64,000 nt of DNA, taken from Octopus vulgaris. Lineage: Eukaryota. The notes beneath the pieces are model-generated. The model had not been told where the DNA came from. It searched no databases and worked only from the letters and a program-made list of their open reading frames with translations. A program made the position numbers and the translations under genes. The DNA lies in contig OX597823.1 of NCBI GenBank assembly GCA_951406725.2, forward strand, positions 111,724,001 through 111,788,000, in the 5' to 3' direction. Numbering within the stretch: position 1 is the first letter of the stretch; each line of letters starts with the position of its first letter. This document shows positions 43,900-58,585 of the stretch, one piece after another.

Positions 43900-45092
43900 C
43901 CTCTTTCAAGAGCTTTAACTTTATTCTAACTTTTCTTTTTTTTACCTTACATTCAGATAAATAAGGGCAGACATCAGGTTGACACAGCAAATAAAAAGGC
44001 ATGCTGTGATTGTTGACTTAAAAGCACAACTTAGTGATACAGAGATAGCTCCTTTCTTGAAAGTTGTCCTGGCCTTCATTCTCAAAGTTCGAATGGGGCT
44101 GGAAGCTGTTGCTAGGGATCCAACATCAGCAGCTAAACACAAAATGCAGGCACAGTGTCCTAATATAATCAGAACTCATAACTTTGTACGTGAAGACCAA
44201 GAAATAATTGATGGAAAACCCAGAAAGTCAATCAGATCCCTTGCAAAGGATTTCAGGTTTTCAGAATGCACCAGTGGAAGTGTTGTGCATGAGGACATTT
44301 AGTACAGCTTGTATGGGATGCTGAGGGGTCAGTTTGTGTTGGATGTGAAGAGAGAACCATTCAATTCATGTAAAGTGCTTGCTAAGCAAAATAAAACACC
44401 AAGAAGCTGGAATGCTATGGTTAAATCAGGACCAAAATGTAAACTGAAGGAATGACAAATAGTTAAGCTGAAACTTAAATGTGGTTACAAAGGTCATGCA
44501 TTCTAAGGTCCCAGCAGATGTGATGATCCTGGGAGTTGTCAACAATGAGGGAGATGTCATACCTCCTCATTCTTTACTTACTCAAAGGGTTTAAGAGTCA
44601 CTGCTGTTACCCACACAGGTGTTGGAGAAAGCTGTGAGGCCCTGAATTGACTAAGTACACAACAGAAAACCGTACATCTTCCAATAAGACTGTGCACTGT
44701 CTCATAATGCTAGGACAACCCAGGTATTGATGTGCACTGCTCTCTACGATTGTGTTCTCCCAGACTCAAGGTCTGCTAGCTCACCAGACCTCAATACCCT
44801 GCACTATTACGTATGGGGTGTAGTAAAGAAAGAGATCAATCAATACCCCCATAACACCTTGCAATTTCTCAAGTCCACCATAACCAGCACTATGTCCAAA
44901 ATTGAAGATCTTTTGATTCGGGCATGTTAATGGTTGTGGCCCTGCACTGAAGCAGCCATATATGCTAATGGTGAGTTCATTGATAAAAGGATAGTCAAGA
45001 TCATTTGCACCAATTTGCTTTCAAATACAGGTTTTCTTTGATGAGCTATGTGCCTTTTTCTAAATTCATACAAATGATGTCAAACAAACTGA
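43900..45092 (+). mobile_element. Defective Tc1/mariner, maT (DD37D)-like
   Basis: KSIRSLAKD...VVHEDI, VMILGVVNNEGDV, YIFQ*D, SSPDLNTLHYYVWG; termini not resolved. Confidence 0.8.
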
Positions 45093-45446
45093 GGCACCCA
45101 ATGTGTGTGTGTTTGTATGACTTCTTTCAGTTCTCATCTATAAAATCAACTCACGAGGCTTTGGTCAACTGTGGTTATATTAGAAGACAATTGCCGAAGA
45201 TGTCACACAGTGCTCTTGAAACTGAAAGCAGGTCGTTGGGAAGCAGACTACTGAACCGCCTGGCTACTCCTGCACCTAATATATAAAATTTTATAATGCA
45301 GCCAGATATGTCCTTTCATAGTAGTTACACACACACACAGACATGCACACACACACGCACGCACACACGCACACACACACACACACATGTGTATGTTTGC
45401 ATGTATGTACTTATATGTGTGTATATATATTCATGCATATGACTAT

Positions 45447-45817
45447 AGGCATAGGAGTGGCTGTGTGGTAAGTAGCTTGTTTACGAACCACATGGTTCCG
45501 GGTTCAGTCCCACTGCATGGCACCTTGGGCAAGTGTCTTCTACTATAGCCTCAGGCCGACCAAATCCTTGTGAGTGGATTTGGTAGACGGAAACTGAAAG
45601 AAGCCCATCGTTATGTGGTCTTGTGTGTATCGTTGGCGATTTTTTTCCTTCATCTTCCCTTCCTTGGATCTTTCCTTTTTCTATGTTTCTGACGAAGAGC
45701 TCTGCTCGAAAAGTTAAATCTTCCTTCTTTCTTTCCTTTCCTGAGCGTCCAATAACACTATACTTGTTCCACATCCTCACGTTGTTGTGTTTTCTCTTTG
45801 TGTTTTCATATTTGGAT

Positions 45818-45859
<42 letters not shown>

Positions 45860-46108
45860 CATATATATGTGTGTGCGTGTGTGTGTGTATGTGTGTGAAT
45901 ATGTTTGTGTGTCTGTGTTTGTCCCCCACAACATCGCTTGACAACCGATGCTGGTGTGCTTACGTCCCCGTAACTTAGCGGTTTGGCAAAAGAGACCGAT
46001 AGAATAAGAACTAGGCTAACAAAGAATAAGTCCTGGGGTTGATTTGCTCGACTAAAGGCGGTGCTTCAGCATGGCCACAGTCTAATGACTGAAACAAGTA
46101 AAAGATTA
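45447..46108 (+). mobile_element. SINE family A interrupted by a PLE-terminus-like module (45613-45822)
   Basis: Head 45447-45612 and tail 45900-46108. Confidence 0.88.
45685..45719 (+). ncRNA. Minimal type I hammerhead
   Basis: GTTT-CTGACGA-A-GAGC(tct)GCTC-GAAA-AG-TT-AAAT. Confidence 0.6.
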
Positions 46109-46990
46109 AAAGTGTATATATGTATGTATATGTATGTATGTACATATGCATGTATGTATGTATGTATGTATATGTATGCATGTATGTATGTATGCATGCA
46201 TGTATGTATGTACATATGTATGTATGTACGTGTGTATATATGTATGTGTGTGTGTGTACATTTGTGTATGTAATTTTTCTTCTGTTTTTCCCTTTTCTTT
46301 TTTTTTACTTCTTGCTTCTTATTACTTTTTTTATTTTTACACTTTCCAAACGTAAAATTTTCCAATCTATATTTTAGACAACCTTAAGTGAATTTCAGGG
46401 CAAACCTAAATTCTGTTAGCTTCAAGGTCTACAGTCAATTAGAAAAGCTAATATTTAATCTAAGTCTCTCAAAGACTTCTGAAACCTTGCTCATCTTCGC
46501 TTGCATATATTAAGGAGATCTTTAAATTCTGTTAATAAGGAAGCTGAGATGAGTTCAAACAAGTGAAAAATAAATAAAAACAAAATAAAAGCTGGTTGGT
46601 GGTGGAAAAGATAACATAAAAATAACCAAAATAAAAAGCAAAAAAAAAAAATAAAGAAAAGAAATGAATCAAATAAATTTGCTCCCGGAATATTAAGTCA
46701 AATAGACAAAGCGAACGGGGAAGATGACAGAATAATGTAGTACCTGTGTGTGTGTGTGTGTGTGTGTGTACAGATGTGTGTGTATGTGTCATTGTGTGAG
46801 TACAACACATATAAGTACACAGAGACTTTCTTATCTGTGATGCACATGTGGATGTATGTCTGTCTTATTGTCTGTTTGACTTTCTGTCTGTTTTCTTCCA
46901 CTGTGTGTGTGTGTGTGTGTGTATGAGTAGATACTATGTATATGTACATATAAATATATATACATACACACATACACACACATACATGTG

Positions 46991-47033
<43 letters not shown>

Positions 47034-47177
47034 ACATATATACAGGCAGACATAAATAACCAAACATTTTATGTTCACTATTGTTGTTATTCTTTATTTT
47101 GGGTGTTATTGTTATTATTATTGTTATTACAGTTATTGTTGCTGTTACTATTACTACCATTGCTGCTGCTGCTGCTG

Positions 47178-47212
<35 letters not shown>

Positions 47213-48444
47213 ACTACTACTACTTTAAGTTTGGCGAGGGTCATTCTGAAATTAATTGAGAAAATAACCAGGAGAGAAAGAAAGTAAAAAGAGGAGAAAA
47301 AGAAATGGAGAAAGTGCTAGAGAGTAGGACGAGGCAGAGAGAAAGAGAGAGAAAGAGAGAGCAACGAGTGCCTGAGAGGGTCAACAAAGAACTTGATATC
47401 AAGAAAGTAAAAGAAAGCATGAAAATGTAAGGGGAGATTCAAAGGAGAGACAAGGAAAATATTAGAGATATATTTCCTTATGTTGTAAAAGACACAGAGA
47501 GAGCTAAGAACTTCATAAACAAGAAAGGGTTTAAAACTCCAATAACTATATTCATTGTCAAATATGAATTTACTGTTTATATATTTTTTTTTATTTTAAA
47601 ATCTGTTCTTGTTAGATTATAAAATGGTTTAAAGTTTCTCGAACCATTTGAACTTTAAGTTGTAAAAGTTAATTTGTTCTAATGAAAGAATAATTTCAAT
47701 AGGAAGATAAACTGAATGGAATTTTAGAAGTTCTATAATAAAATATTTCAATACTATGTAAGTTGTTAGAAGTAACCTGATATTACTTATAACCATTTAA
47801 TAAGGAATCATAGTAAACAGCAACAAATCTATTTTTCAAATGATAAATGGTAATGAGAGATATTGATATGGATTTTATTTCCACATTTGTAACACAAAAT
47901 TTAATCCTAAAAATGTGGATTATACTCGAGGATTTACAGTATCTATATATATATGCATATATATATATACATACATACATACTTACATCCATGTATGTAT
48001 GTATGTGTAATTTCTTCAGAGAATTGTTCATTTTGATCTAATTTCTGAAATTCAAGGAATGGACTCATCTCAAATTGTCACTGTCAAAATAAGAATCTGC
48101 TAAAAAATTTTGCGTAGCAGTTAAATAGGTTCTTTTAAAGGTGAAATACCTTTGAAATTCTTGAAAAAATTCTGCAAGTTCCCTGAAAAGTTTTGCTTAT
48201 TCTTTCCAAATAACCCTTCTTTATTTGTATTGATCTTGGTATTTTCAAAAATATTTCACATATATATAAACATAAGGGAATTGCATTCAAAAATGAGAAA
48301 AGGACTTGAAATTTCTTTCTCTAATAATTTTGCTATTATTTTAAAAAAGAACTAGTAGTATAGTGTTATGTATCCTTGCCTGTCACATGGCAGAACCATC
48401 TTCAATTCCATGCAGGTGTGGGGGTGAAATATATATACTTTATA

Positions 48445-48677
48445 GGTAGTGAGTTGACAAATTCTTTAGCATATTGGACAAAACATTAAGCAGCATTTTT
48501 CCTGTTTTATTATTTTTTTTTAACATTCTGAGTTCAAATTCTCTCAAAGTCGACATTGCTTTCATTCTTTCAGGATTGATAAATTAAGTACCAGTTGCGT
48601 ACTGGGGTCGATCTAATGGAATGGTCCCCTCCCCACCAAAAATTTCGGGCCTTGTGCCTAGAGTAGAAAAGAATATT
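48445..48677 (+). mobile_element. SINE family B
   Basis: TTCTGAGTTCAAATT...CCTTGTGCCTAGAGTAGAAAAG. Confidence 0.75.
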
Positions 48678-50050
48678 CCTGCACATCTTCATTTTTGCTT
48701 TTTCTTTGTGCTTTTCTTTTCAACACTGTTGTCTGTCTTTCACCGTTTCTTTTTCCCCTTTTGTGATCTATTGTATTTTTGTATCACTCTTTTTGCCCTC
48801 TGTACTTATACATGTTCATTTTCCATCTCAAATGCTCCTTTCTCTCATTTTTTTCTCTTTCTTCTAACTTTCTCCATTTTCCTTTCACTTCTCTTATACT
48901 CATTTCAAGACATTTTATTTACTTTATTTTTATACCAATATATTTTTCTGTATACTTGCAGCCCAGTTTACAGAATCTACACACATATAAATAACTTGTA
49001 GATACATATTTATTGCTTTTGTATTTTGACTGAATAATCCTTAATTTGTCAGAAAAAATACTTTATGGTATTTCTTCTGACCCTTTACATTCCGAGTTCT
49101 AATCCTGCCAAGGTCAGCTTTGTCTTTTATTCTTTCAGGATTGATAGAATAAAGTATCATTCAGGTACTAATGCTAATGGTATCAACTAGCATCGTTAAT
49201 TTCAAATTAAAGTAAAAACAATCATACATTTTCTTTTTTTTTCTCTCCCTCCTTTCCTCACAGATTTTTTGCTATGTATTTCCATCTTCTTTACTTTTGC
49301 TCCCCACCATTTTTTTTATCTTTCTGTCCTGAAAGTAATTTCGCTGCATTTTATCTTGTCATAAGTGCCTTATCAACAAGCAATTTTAGAAATGAAAATA
49401 TTTTGGATTTAAAAATGCTTAAGCTTTTAAATGTGAGAATATTAGTATTTTTTATGCCACTTCAACCAAAATTTCATTCTTTACAAATAATCTGCCTATT
49501 TTAAAATAAATTTTTCTCACGGCAAAAAACAGATACTTAAGTAACAAAGCTGGAAATAAGGGCCTCAAATATATTCTAATGCCTATATGTATGTATTTTT
49601 TATATGTGTAACAAAGCTTTTATCTTAACAATTTGAGTATAAGATATTTTAAAAAGTAATTCTCTGGAATAGACAATGTTTTTTGTCTATTTTCTTAGAA
49701 TTCTATTAATATCCTTTACATGTAAAATATTTTCTTGCTATTCTGAAAATCTTTTTCTGCATTAATAGATAATACGCATAAGCTAAACTTAAAATATTTG
49801 TGACAGTCAATTTGTGAAATTTAAGTAATCTCTGTAAAGTGTATACAATAGACGTAAAAGAAATATTTCATTTCATTTATTATTCAGATTGGAGCCTGGT
49901 GCAGCCATCTGGTTCGCCAGACCTCAGTCAAATAGTCCAACCCATGCTAACATGGAAAGCAGACGTTAAACGATATGATGATGATTCTCTGAAAACTTTG
50001 AATAGTTTTTTAGACTCGCTATGTTTTTGATGATGGTAAATGCATAGTTA

Positions 50051-50282
50051 AGGCAGCGAGCTGGCATAAACGTTAGCACGCTGGGTGAAATGCGTAGCTG
50101 TATTTTGTCTGCCGTTACGTTCTGAGTTCAAATTCCGCCAAGGTCTCCTTTGCCTTTCATCCTTTCGGGGTTGATTAAATAAGTACCAGTTATGCACTGG
50201 GGTCGATGTAATTGACTTAATCAGTTTGTTTGTCCTTGTTTGTCCCTTTTGTGTTTAGCCCCTTGTGGGTAGTAAAGAAATA
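50051..50282 (+). mobile_element. SINE family B (alternative tail)
   Basis: Head AGGCAGCGAGCTGGCA; tail GCCCCTTGTGGGTAGTAAAGAAA. Confidence 0.85.
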
Positions 50283-50366
50283 TGTAAATGCATAGTTTTG
50301 ACTTCTACTATGACATGTCTATTCAAAACGTGTGTTGGGCCAGATACTTAAATGCCTGTATATATA

Positions 50367-51593
50367 CAAGGTGGGTTCAAAAAGAATTTGACCTTTGGGC
50401 ATGAAAAATACAATTTTGTACATTTCACAAATTTCATTTAATCACCTTTAAGGTACTCCCCTTGGGAGTTCACACAATTCTCCCAGCAGTTCTGCCACTG
50501 CTAGAAACACCTCTGGGCAGCCTTCTCTGGAATGATATGAATTTTCACCATTACTTTTCTCATAATTTCCTCACATAACTCAAATCGCTTCCCTTTCAGT
50601 ATGCTTTTCACTTTGGGAAAAAGCCAGAAATCACATGATGCCATGTCAGAAGAATAGGGGGCAAGTATAGTGGTGTTCTTGACCAGGCAAGCTTAGATTA
50701 TGTTGGCGGGATGAGCAGATGCATTGTTGTGGAAAAATTGCCAAGTCTTGTACAGCATCATGAAGGTGATGTATAACTTCTGGGTAGTATTCCTTGATTG
50801 TTGTGGCCTTGTGGTGGTATATATTCATGATGCACAATACAGGTCAGCATTACCTTCACATTGTTGTGAACCTGTCGTGGTGCTTTGGGCCTTGGTGTTG
50901 ACAGAAGCTTTCTTTGAGAGGACTGGAACCTGGTTTTCTGGTTGTACCCATAAACCCATGCCTCTTCACCAGGGATGATGGTCTTCATGAAGTCTGGGTC
51001 GTGGTTCACACAGTCCAGCATGTCCTTAGCGATTTCCATGTACTGTTGCTTCTGCTACTCCACAGGCCCCTTAGGGATTAATTTTGCCTACACTTTCTTC
51101 ATGTACAAATCCTTCATTAAAATGGAATGCACTGATCCGATACTTCCTCCAACTTTGTTAGCAGTTTCCTGGATTGTTAAACAACAGTCTTCCACGACTA
51201 TTCAGTAAACCTTCTCAATCAGCCTATGGATGGCCTGCCTGAGCATGCCTCACCCTCCACTGAGGTGTGGCCATATAGGATGTGGTTGTGTCACCTGAGT
51301 TTTGCCCATGGTGTCATTGTCAAAGGCCTGCTGAATCTTCTGGATGGTTTCAGCCTGAGTATAACCAGGTTTTGGAAAACTTGACACAATATCTCTGCTC
51401 AATGCATTCGGTCGTCTTACATGAAAATGAAAATCTGACATGCACACACTACACGTCTGTTCTCTAGGAGTAGCAGCCAGCACTTGGTGTGGCATGTCAA
51501 TGCAAAAGCAAAATTTTCATGCAAAGGATTTGCCCATGCCACATTAGTTTTGGGGGGAAAAAATGAAGCCAGATACTTTTTAAATGCACCTTG
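50367..51593 (-). mobile_element. Full-length defective mariner transposon
   Basis: TA|CAAGGTG..TT.AAAAAG TIRs with TA on both sides; DPDFMKTIIPGEEAWVYGY, KVMLT, IVHHEY, PYSSDMASCDFWLFPK. Confidence 0.9.
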
Positions 51594-53047
51594 TACATAA
51601 GTATGTACCCCCAGCAAACATTTAGCAGATGATTTTGGTACCGCATGTAAAGACAAACTACGTTGACCTTCTACAGATGACAGCAGCAATAATTACACAC
51701 TGGAAGAGAGACACTGCTTGGAGTTTACAGCAAACTGTTGATACAGCAATATGTGGCTTGCCCAACATAACTGGAAACATTGGGCTATATTCGTGGTGAT
51801 GGAGGTTCCTGTTGTCTATCTATGCCATCCGTCTTAGCTACCTTCCTGGGTAGTCTGATTGGCAAAAATGCGTGCTGAATAGAGGACTGGAAGTCCAATT
51901 CTAGGAGGTTCAAGAAAGACGGTTCACCCCCATTGCTTCATGCTGATTGGTTGGTTAATATACCAATCATGTGAAACTAGGGTGGTTTGCTCATAATGTC
52001 TGAGTGCGTATCCAGGGATTCAGTTTCAAATCTCAGCTACAAGTGCTTTAAAATAGCATGTTTAATGCAGGCACATATATATGTTCATATATGTGCACAT
52101 GTGTGCAAGCATGTGCATGAGGATATGTATATGTAGTGCAAATTCTATTTTGTTGCATAAAATATATTCAAGCATAAAATATTTTTATATATCAATAGAT
52201 TGCAGTAGACAATATTTGTCTTAGCGATTTTCATTGAGTTTTCCCGAAATCCTTTTACACATGAAATATTTTCTGCTATCTTGAGTAATGTATTGTTCAG
52301 CATTAACACCACACACACACACACACACGTGCGAGCATGTGTGTGTGTGTGACTTTTGCTTATTTTTTTTTATTCTTCCAATATCAACCCAGTCAGAGTA
52401 ATCAAATATATTTCTGTATATTTATATCAGTTATAACTACTACTACTACTACATATATGCCTATACACACACACACACATGCACAAAACACAGGTTTACA
52501 CACACATACGTACACACATATATACATGACATAGCTTGATAGATTTTTACAGGCATACTTATATACATAGATGCTTAATATGTCAATATGAACATGCACG
52601 CAGTACTCTACATGTGTGTGAGTATGTGGGTACTCATATGTGTATATGTATCTGTAAAAGATATATTATTATTATTATAGCAAAGTATTTGCACATTTTA
52701 GAGAAGCATGTCATTTATATATGTTTTTTTTATTGCTGCAGTTGCTTAGATGCAGGGTTTGAGGTACACTATAAATTGCATTCATAACAGGTGCAGTAAA
52801 ATGGCTAGTAAATGCATTGTTCATGTACAATTCCTGAGGAACATATTTTCAAGAATATTGCCCCATTTATATGGTGCTAGTGGTTGACCATCTTGAAAAA
52901 TGATAATTGTTATTCAGAATCCACTGATGGCTGGGACCTGGAGCATAATTCTGGGAGACAATATAGAAAGGGAGATTGAGATAGAGGGGAATAATTGGAG
53001 AGGTTAAGACAAAGTAAGAGAGAGGGAAATATGGAGAGAGAGAGAGA

Positions 53048-53097
<50 letters not shown>

Positions 53098-53719
53098 AAC
53101 ACATGTTCTGCAAAGTATGAAACAGTAATTGAAAAGGAGAAAGAAAGAGAGAGTTGGGCTAAGAAGAAGTTAGAGAGAAATAAGAAAAGAAGATGGAAAA
53201 TGTATGAGAGGAGAATGGAGAAAGGGAAATAGATATAAAGAAGGAAAAGAAAAGAGAATGTTGATTCGAGAGAGACAGAGAAATTAAGAGAGAGAGAGGG
53301 AGGAAAGACTGAAAGAAAGAAAGAAACATGAAAAAAAAACCGCAGGAAGAGAATAACAAGAAGTGTGTGAGAGAATGTGAATAGAAGTAATAAGTGATGG
53401 AGGAAAGGAAAAAATAGAGAAGGATGGAGTTAGGGCTGGAGAGAAAACTATAGATAAATTAAAGAGATGGAAGAAGAGATAGAGAAAGGAAGGGAGTAAG
53501 GACGAAAGGTACAGTAATATTACAAGGGAAAGTGAGAAAAGTTATTAGTAATTTAAAGGGAATGAGGAGAGAGTGGAGAAGACAGAGAAGAATGAATGAA
53601 AGTTGGGAAAGACATTAAATTTATAAGACTTTTTAAAACAATTCTTTGCTATACAATAGACTAGTTTGTGCATACCTTCCATGTTCCTGGATTTCTTTAG
53701 AAAGTTTTGTATTTTGATA

Positions 53720-54190
53720 TCTGGAGATATGCTGTGACTGCAAAGACCCAACAAATAACTGTTGCCTGCACCAGCTTCACATAGAAGCTTCAGCCCATCC
53801 AAAGTGCCTTGGATCACAGGACAGCTTGCTGTGCTCACCTTGGATTGTAGGGCAACCTGCTGTGCATGAGGGGACCTATTGAGTCAAGTACATCAACATC
53901 ATAAAATCAAACGGAATTGTAGTTGCGATACCCATGCCGGTGTCACGTAAAAAGCACCATCCAGACGTGGCCGATGCCAGCGCTGCCTTGACTGGCTTCT
54001 GTGCTGGTGGCACGTAAAAAGCACCCACTACACTCATGGAATGGTTGGCGTTAGGAAGGGCATCCAGCTGTAGAAAATCTGCCAGATCAGACTGGATCCT
54101 AGGGCAGCCTCCTGGCTTCCCAGACCCCGGTCGAACCATCCAACCCATGCTAGCAGGTAAAACGGACGTTAAACGATGATGATGATGATG
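53720..54190 (+). mobile_element. RTE LINE 3' end
   Basis: WRYAV...KT ORF end, 3' UTR, (GAT)n tail. Confidence 0.85.
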
Positions 54191-54615
54191 AAAAGAAGTT
54201 GCTAGCCCCCCCAGTTCACTTTCTATTTTAAAGTAAGTTTTGGCTATGCTACCAACACAAAGCAAATTATATACCATGAGTCCCCATAAGTTTCCTGCAA
54301 ACAATATATCCTGAGTCTCCTGAATCCAGTTGTTCAAGTAGAAACACCAGTATATTTGCAGTAAAGAGGCATTCATATATGAAACGGAAATTAAAATTAA
54401 CAAACCCCAGATCTCATACTTCCCTGAAGTACTCAATTGGTATATCAGAAACGTCATTCATAAATAGATTTTATAATCATTGTTCATCTTTCAGAAACTT
54501 TGCTAAAGGAAATGCAAAAGATCTAGGCTGTATGATATGTGTGTGAGTGTATTGTGTGACAATGTTTATGTATGTATATGTATGCAGATCATATACATAG
54601 ATGAATATATACAAA

Positions 54616-54659
<44 letters not shown>

Positions 54660-54664
<5 letters not shown>

Positions 54665-54828
54665 ACGACAGATTTCTTTCAGTTTCCGTCTACCAAATCC
54701 ATTCACAAGGTTTTGGTTGGCCTGAGGCTATAGTAGAAGACACTTGCCCAAGGTGCCATGCAGTGGGAATGATCCTAGAACCATATGGTTGGTAAGCAAG
54801 CTACTTACCACACAGCCAGTCCTGCATA
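54660..54828 (-). mobile_element. SINE family A, 5' half
   Basis: Similarity to other copies. Confidence 0.8.
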
Positions 54829-54864
54829 TATATATATATATATATATATATGTATAAATATGAA

Positions 54865-55192
54865 AGCGCATGGCTCAGTGGTTAGAGCATCAAGCTTATG
54901 ATCGTGAGGTTATGAGTTCAATTCCCAGATCGGGCTGCATGTTGTGTTCTTGAGCAAGACACTTTATTTCACATTGCTCCAGTTCACTCAGCTGTAGAAA
55001 TGAGTTGTGACATCACTGGTGTCAAGCTGTATCGGCCCCTTTGCCTTTCCCTTGGATAACATCGGTGGTGTGGAGAAGGGAGGCCGGTATGCATGGGCGA
55101 CTGTTGGTCTTCTATAAACAACCTTGCCCAGACTTGTGTCTCGTAACTTTCTAGGTGCAGTCCCATGGTCATTCATGACCGAAGTGGATCTC
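54865..55192 (+). mobile_element. tRNA-derived SINE family E
   Basis: TGGCTCAGTGG A-box, GAGTTCAATTCC B-box, TGTGTTCTTGAGCAAGACACTT core. Confidence 0.8.
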
Positions 55193-55195
55193 CTC

Positions 55196-55366
<171 letters not shown>

Positions 55367-55473
55367 TTATTTGTATTATATATATATATATATTATTATT
55401 ATTTTTTTTTATATATATATATTTATATGTATATATATATGTATATATATATATGTATATATATATATGTATG

Positions 55474-55508
<35 letters not shown>

Positions 55509-55662
55509 ACCATTATACTAAGATGTACTTCAGTTGTATCCTTGTGCTTGTTCTAATTCTTACTCTTATTCTTTTTCTACTCTGTTTTAAAAAAGACAAA
55601 CACACTGTAGCTATTGTTAACTGAGTTTCATATATATGTGTCAGCCCCACCAACCACTTAGA

Positions 55663-55787
55663 CCCTCTGATGAAGCCTAGAGGCACATTCACTATCCAAG
55701 CCTTATCTGCTCATCCCTACATAACACTGAAGAGATGGAGATTACCTGGAAGATTTCGTTGCCTCTTGGCAGAAACGGCTGTAAGGA
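55663..55787 (+). ncRNA. Type I hammerhead with very long stem II
   Basis: CCT-CTGATGA-A-GCCtAGAGGCA...TGCCTCTtGGC-A-GAAA-CGGCTG-TA-AGG. Confidence 0.7.
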
Positions 55788-56256
55788 ACTAGCACCTACA
55801 CACCCATTCTGTTTTATAGACAATCTGCTCATTTGCTCATTAGCTCATCTGCTCAATTGCTCACTCATTCCTATATGCTTATATGCTTCCACACCCTTGT
55901 TTTTGCATTTACCAATTACTAGCTCTTTCCATTTGATAAGCTGTACCACTAATACATGTGTGTGTATGAATTCAATACATTTGGAATAAATAGTCATCAA
56001 TCTCATATCCTCTCCTCTTTCTTATTTGCTATATATATTTTTTTATTCTCTTATTTCAGTCATCTAACTTCAAATGTGTTGGAGCACTGCCTTTAGTCAA
56101 ACAAATCAACCATCAACCCCAGGACTTATTTTTTGTAAGCCTAGTACTTATTTTTGCCAAACTGCTAAATGACAGAGACATAAACACACCAATATTGGTT
56201 GTCAACACAGATGCACACATATATACGTATATATATATATATATGTATATATATAT

Positions 56257-56649
56257 TCTCTTTTAGTCTTTTACTTGTTTCAGTCATTTGACTGCGGCCA
56301 TGCTGGAGCACCGCCTTTAGTCGAGCAAATCAACACCGGGACTTATTCTTTGTAAGCCCAGTAAATATTCTATCAGTCTCTTTTGCTAAGTGACGGGGAC
56401 GTAAACACACCAGCATCGGTTGTCAAGCAATGCTAGCGGGCCAAGCACAGACATACAAACACACACATATATATATATATACATATATACGACAGGCTTC
56501 TTTCAGTTTCCGTTACCAAATCCACTCCCAAGGCATTGGTCGGCCCGGGGCTATAGCAGAAGACACTTGCCCAAGATGCCACACAGTGGGACTGAACCTG
56601 GAACCATGTGGTTGGTTAGCAAGCTATTTACCACACACCCACTCCTGCG

Positions 56650-56651
<2 letters not shown>
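56257..56651 (-). mobile_element. SINE family A, with partial copies at 56045-56210 and 56689-56800
   Basis: Head to tail. Confidence 0.88.
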
Positions 56652-56690
<39 letters not shown>

Positions 56691-57070
56691 GATGGGCTTC
56701 TTTCAGTTTCCATCTACCAAATCCAATCACAAGATGTCACACAGTGTGACTGAACCCAGAACAATGTGGTTGGGAAGCAAGCTTCTTACTACAAAGCTGT
56801 AAAATTATCACAAAACTCTTACTTAGAGTTTCACATTCCCATTCATTGGACATTTGTGATTGATACATTTGGTATTCAACTACTATTTTTTTCCACTTAG
56901 TTTTGCATTTATTAACTTACTTGTGTGTGTATGCGCATACATCTATATATGTATATATACAGTATATGTCTATTTATATATGTATTTATATATATATAGC
57001 ATTATACTAATACATCTGTTTGTTTTGTACACCACCTGTCTTCGTCTTGTTTTTTTTGTAAAACCCTCCC

Positions 57071-57103
<33 letters not shown>

Positions 57104-57143
57104 ATGCATATTTATATGCACACACACACACATGAACATACAT

Positions 57144-57183
<40 letters not shown>

Positions 57184-58525
57184 GAAAGATTTTAAGAAAA
57201 ATTTGCAGAGATTTTCTAACAGTTTTTACTGGTATTGTATGCAATAAATAAATGAAGGAATTTACCCAAACTCTTACGTTGGTGCTTCTGAGCTTAAATA
57301 AGTTGAAATTAATGAAAATAGGAAAGAAACACAAGAAGAAAAATAATCATAGAAACCATTACTAAAATCTACCTTACATATTTCTCATAACTTACATATT
57401 TTTTCTGTAAATTTTCCATCATAAAAATGCTTGAACCATCTGCTTCTGCTTGATAAGTTTGCCTGTCTCTTTTTCTTTCGTTTATTTCATTTAGCGAGTT
57501 TTTAGCATTTTACTTTTTTTTCTTGATATTTGCATATCTGCAATTTTCATTATATTTTACTCCATATTGTTGCCATAAAAAGTCTTAGACACTTTCAAAT
57601 AAATTTCGTTATATTCATATTCCTTTTTTATGATTCTTTAAAAGGAAGGATTCAGCTATACACATATATATATACATATATATATATCAATATAACAATT
57701 CAATTTTTTTTTTTGTTTATTTCTATTTATCCCATGGTGTCTCTCTTTGTTAGAAATTATGTAAGTTTTGGGAAAAAATATTCATTGAAATGATTTATAT
57801 TTGTTTATATTTGTAATATATTCATTGAAACTATTTATATTTGTTCCTTCTCTTGAAAATTGCTTTCTTTGTTTGTTATATGCTGTCTGATAAAATGTTT
57901 CTCAATCCACTTACCAAAGCACATCTTTTAGGTGCTGCATGAAAAAAAATTGGACATTTGAGGTCCTCAGAAGTTTCTGAGGAATGCATATTTATCTATG
58001 AGACATAGGATCTGCTTATCACTATCCTCATATTTCATCTCTTTTTTGCTAAATTCAAGACCATAAATATTAACACTATGTTAGTTTATTACAATGTTAC
58101 TAACTGAAAACTAAACTACAAAACATTCACATAGAAATAAGTATGTGCATGTGTACATGTTTGTATGCATTAAAGTATGTATGCATGTGTGTGTGTGTGT
58201 CTGTATGTATACAACTACACCCATTATGTTTTCCACTCACCAATTTTGCATAAAATATATCTCTTCCATAAATTTGACCAATGTTGACGTGGCAGCCTAA
58301 CAATCGAAAAAGGTTTGGTGGTAAAGGTTACAAAATTTATAATCTGCAATTATAAAGGAAGCGATACTGAACTCAAATCTTTTTCATATCCTAGAGATAA
58401 GACTGAAAGTCTGGAAACGTTGAATAGGGATCTAAAAATTTTACTGTTCCAAACAAACTGTGAAAAACATATATGGAAATGTAAAAAATCTATAATAAAA
58501 TGCTAAAACCGAAACTGTTATATAC

Positions 58526-58585
<60 letters not shown>

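Noticed and set aside
51855-51970. Cluster of CCAAT/ATTGG boxes as a promoter
   Set aside because: No adjacent gene or other promoter evidence
54865-54945. tRNA gene candidates (also other SINE heads)
   Set aside because: A/B boxes present but no complete cloverleaf, and the sequence continues into SINE bodies
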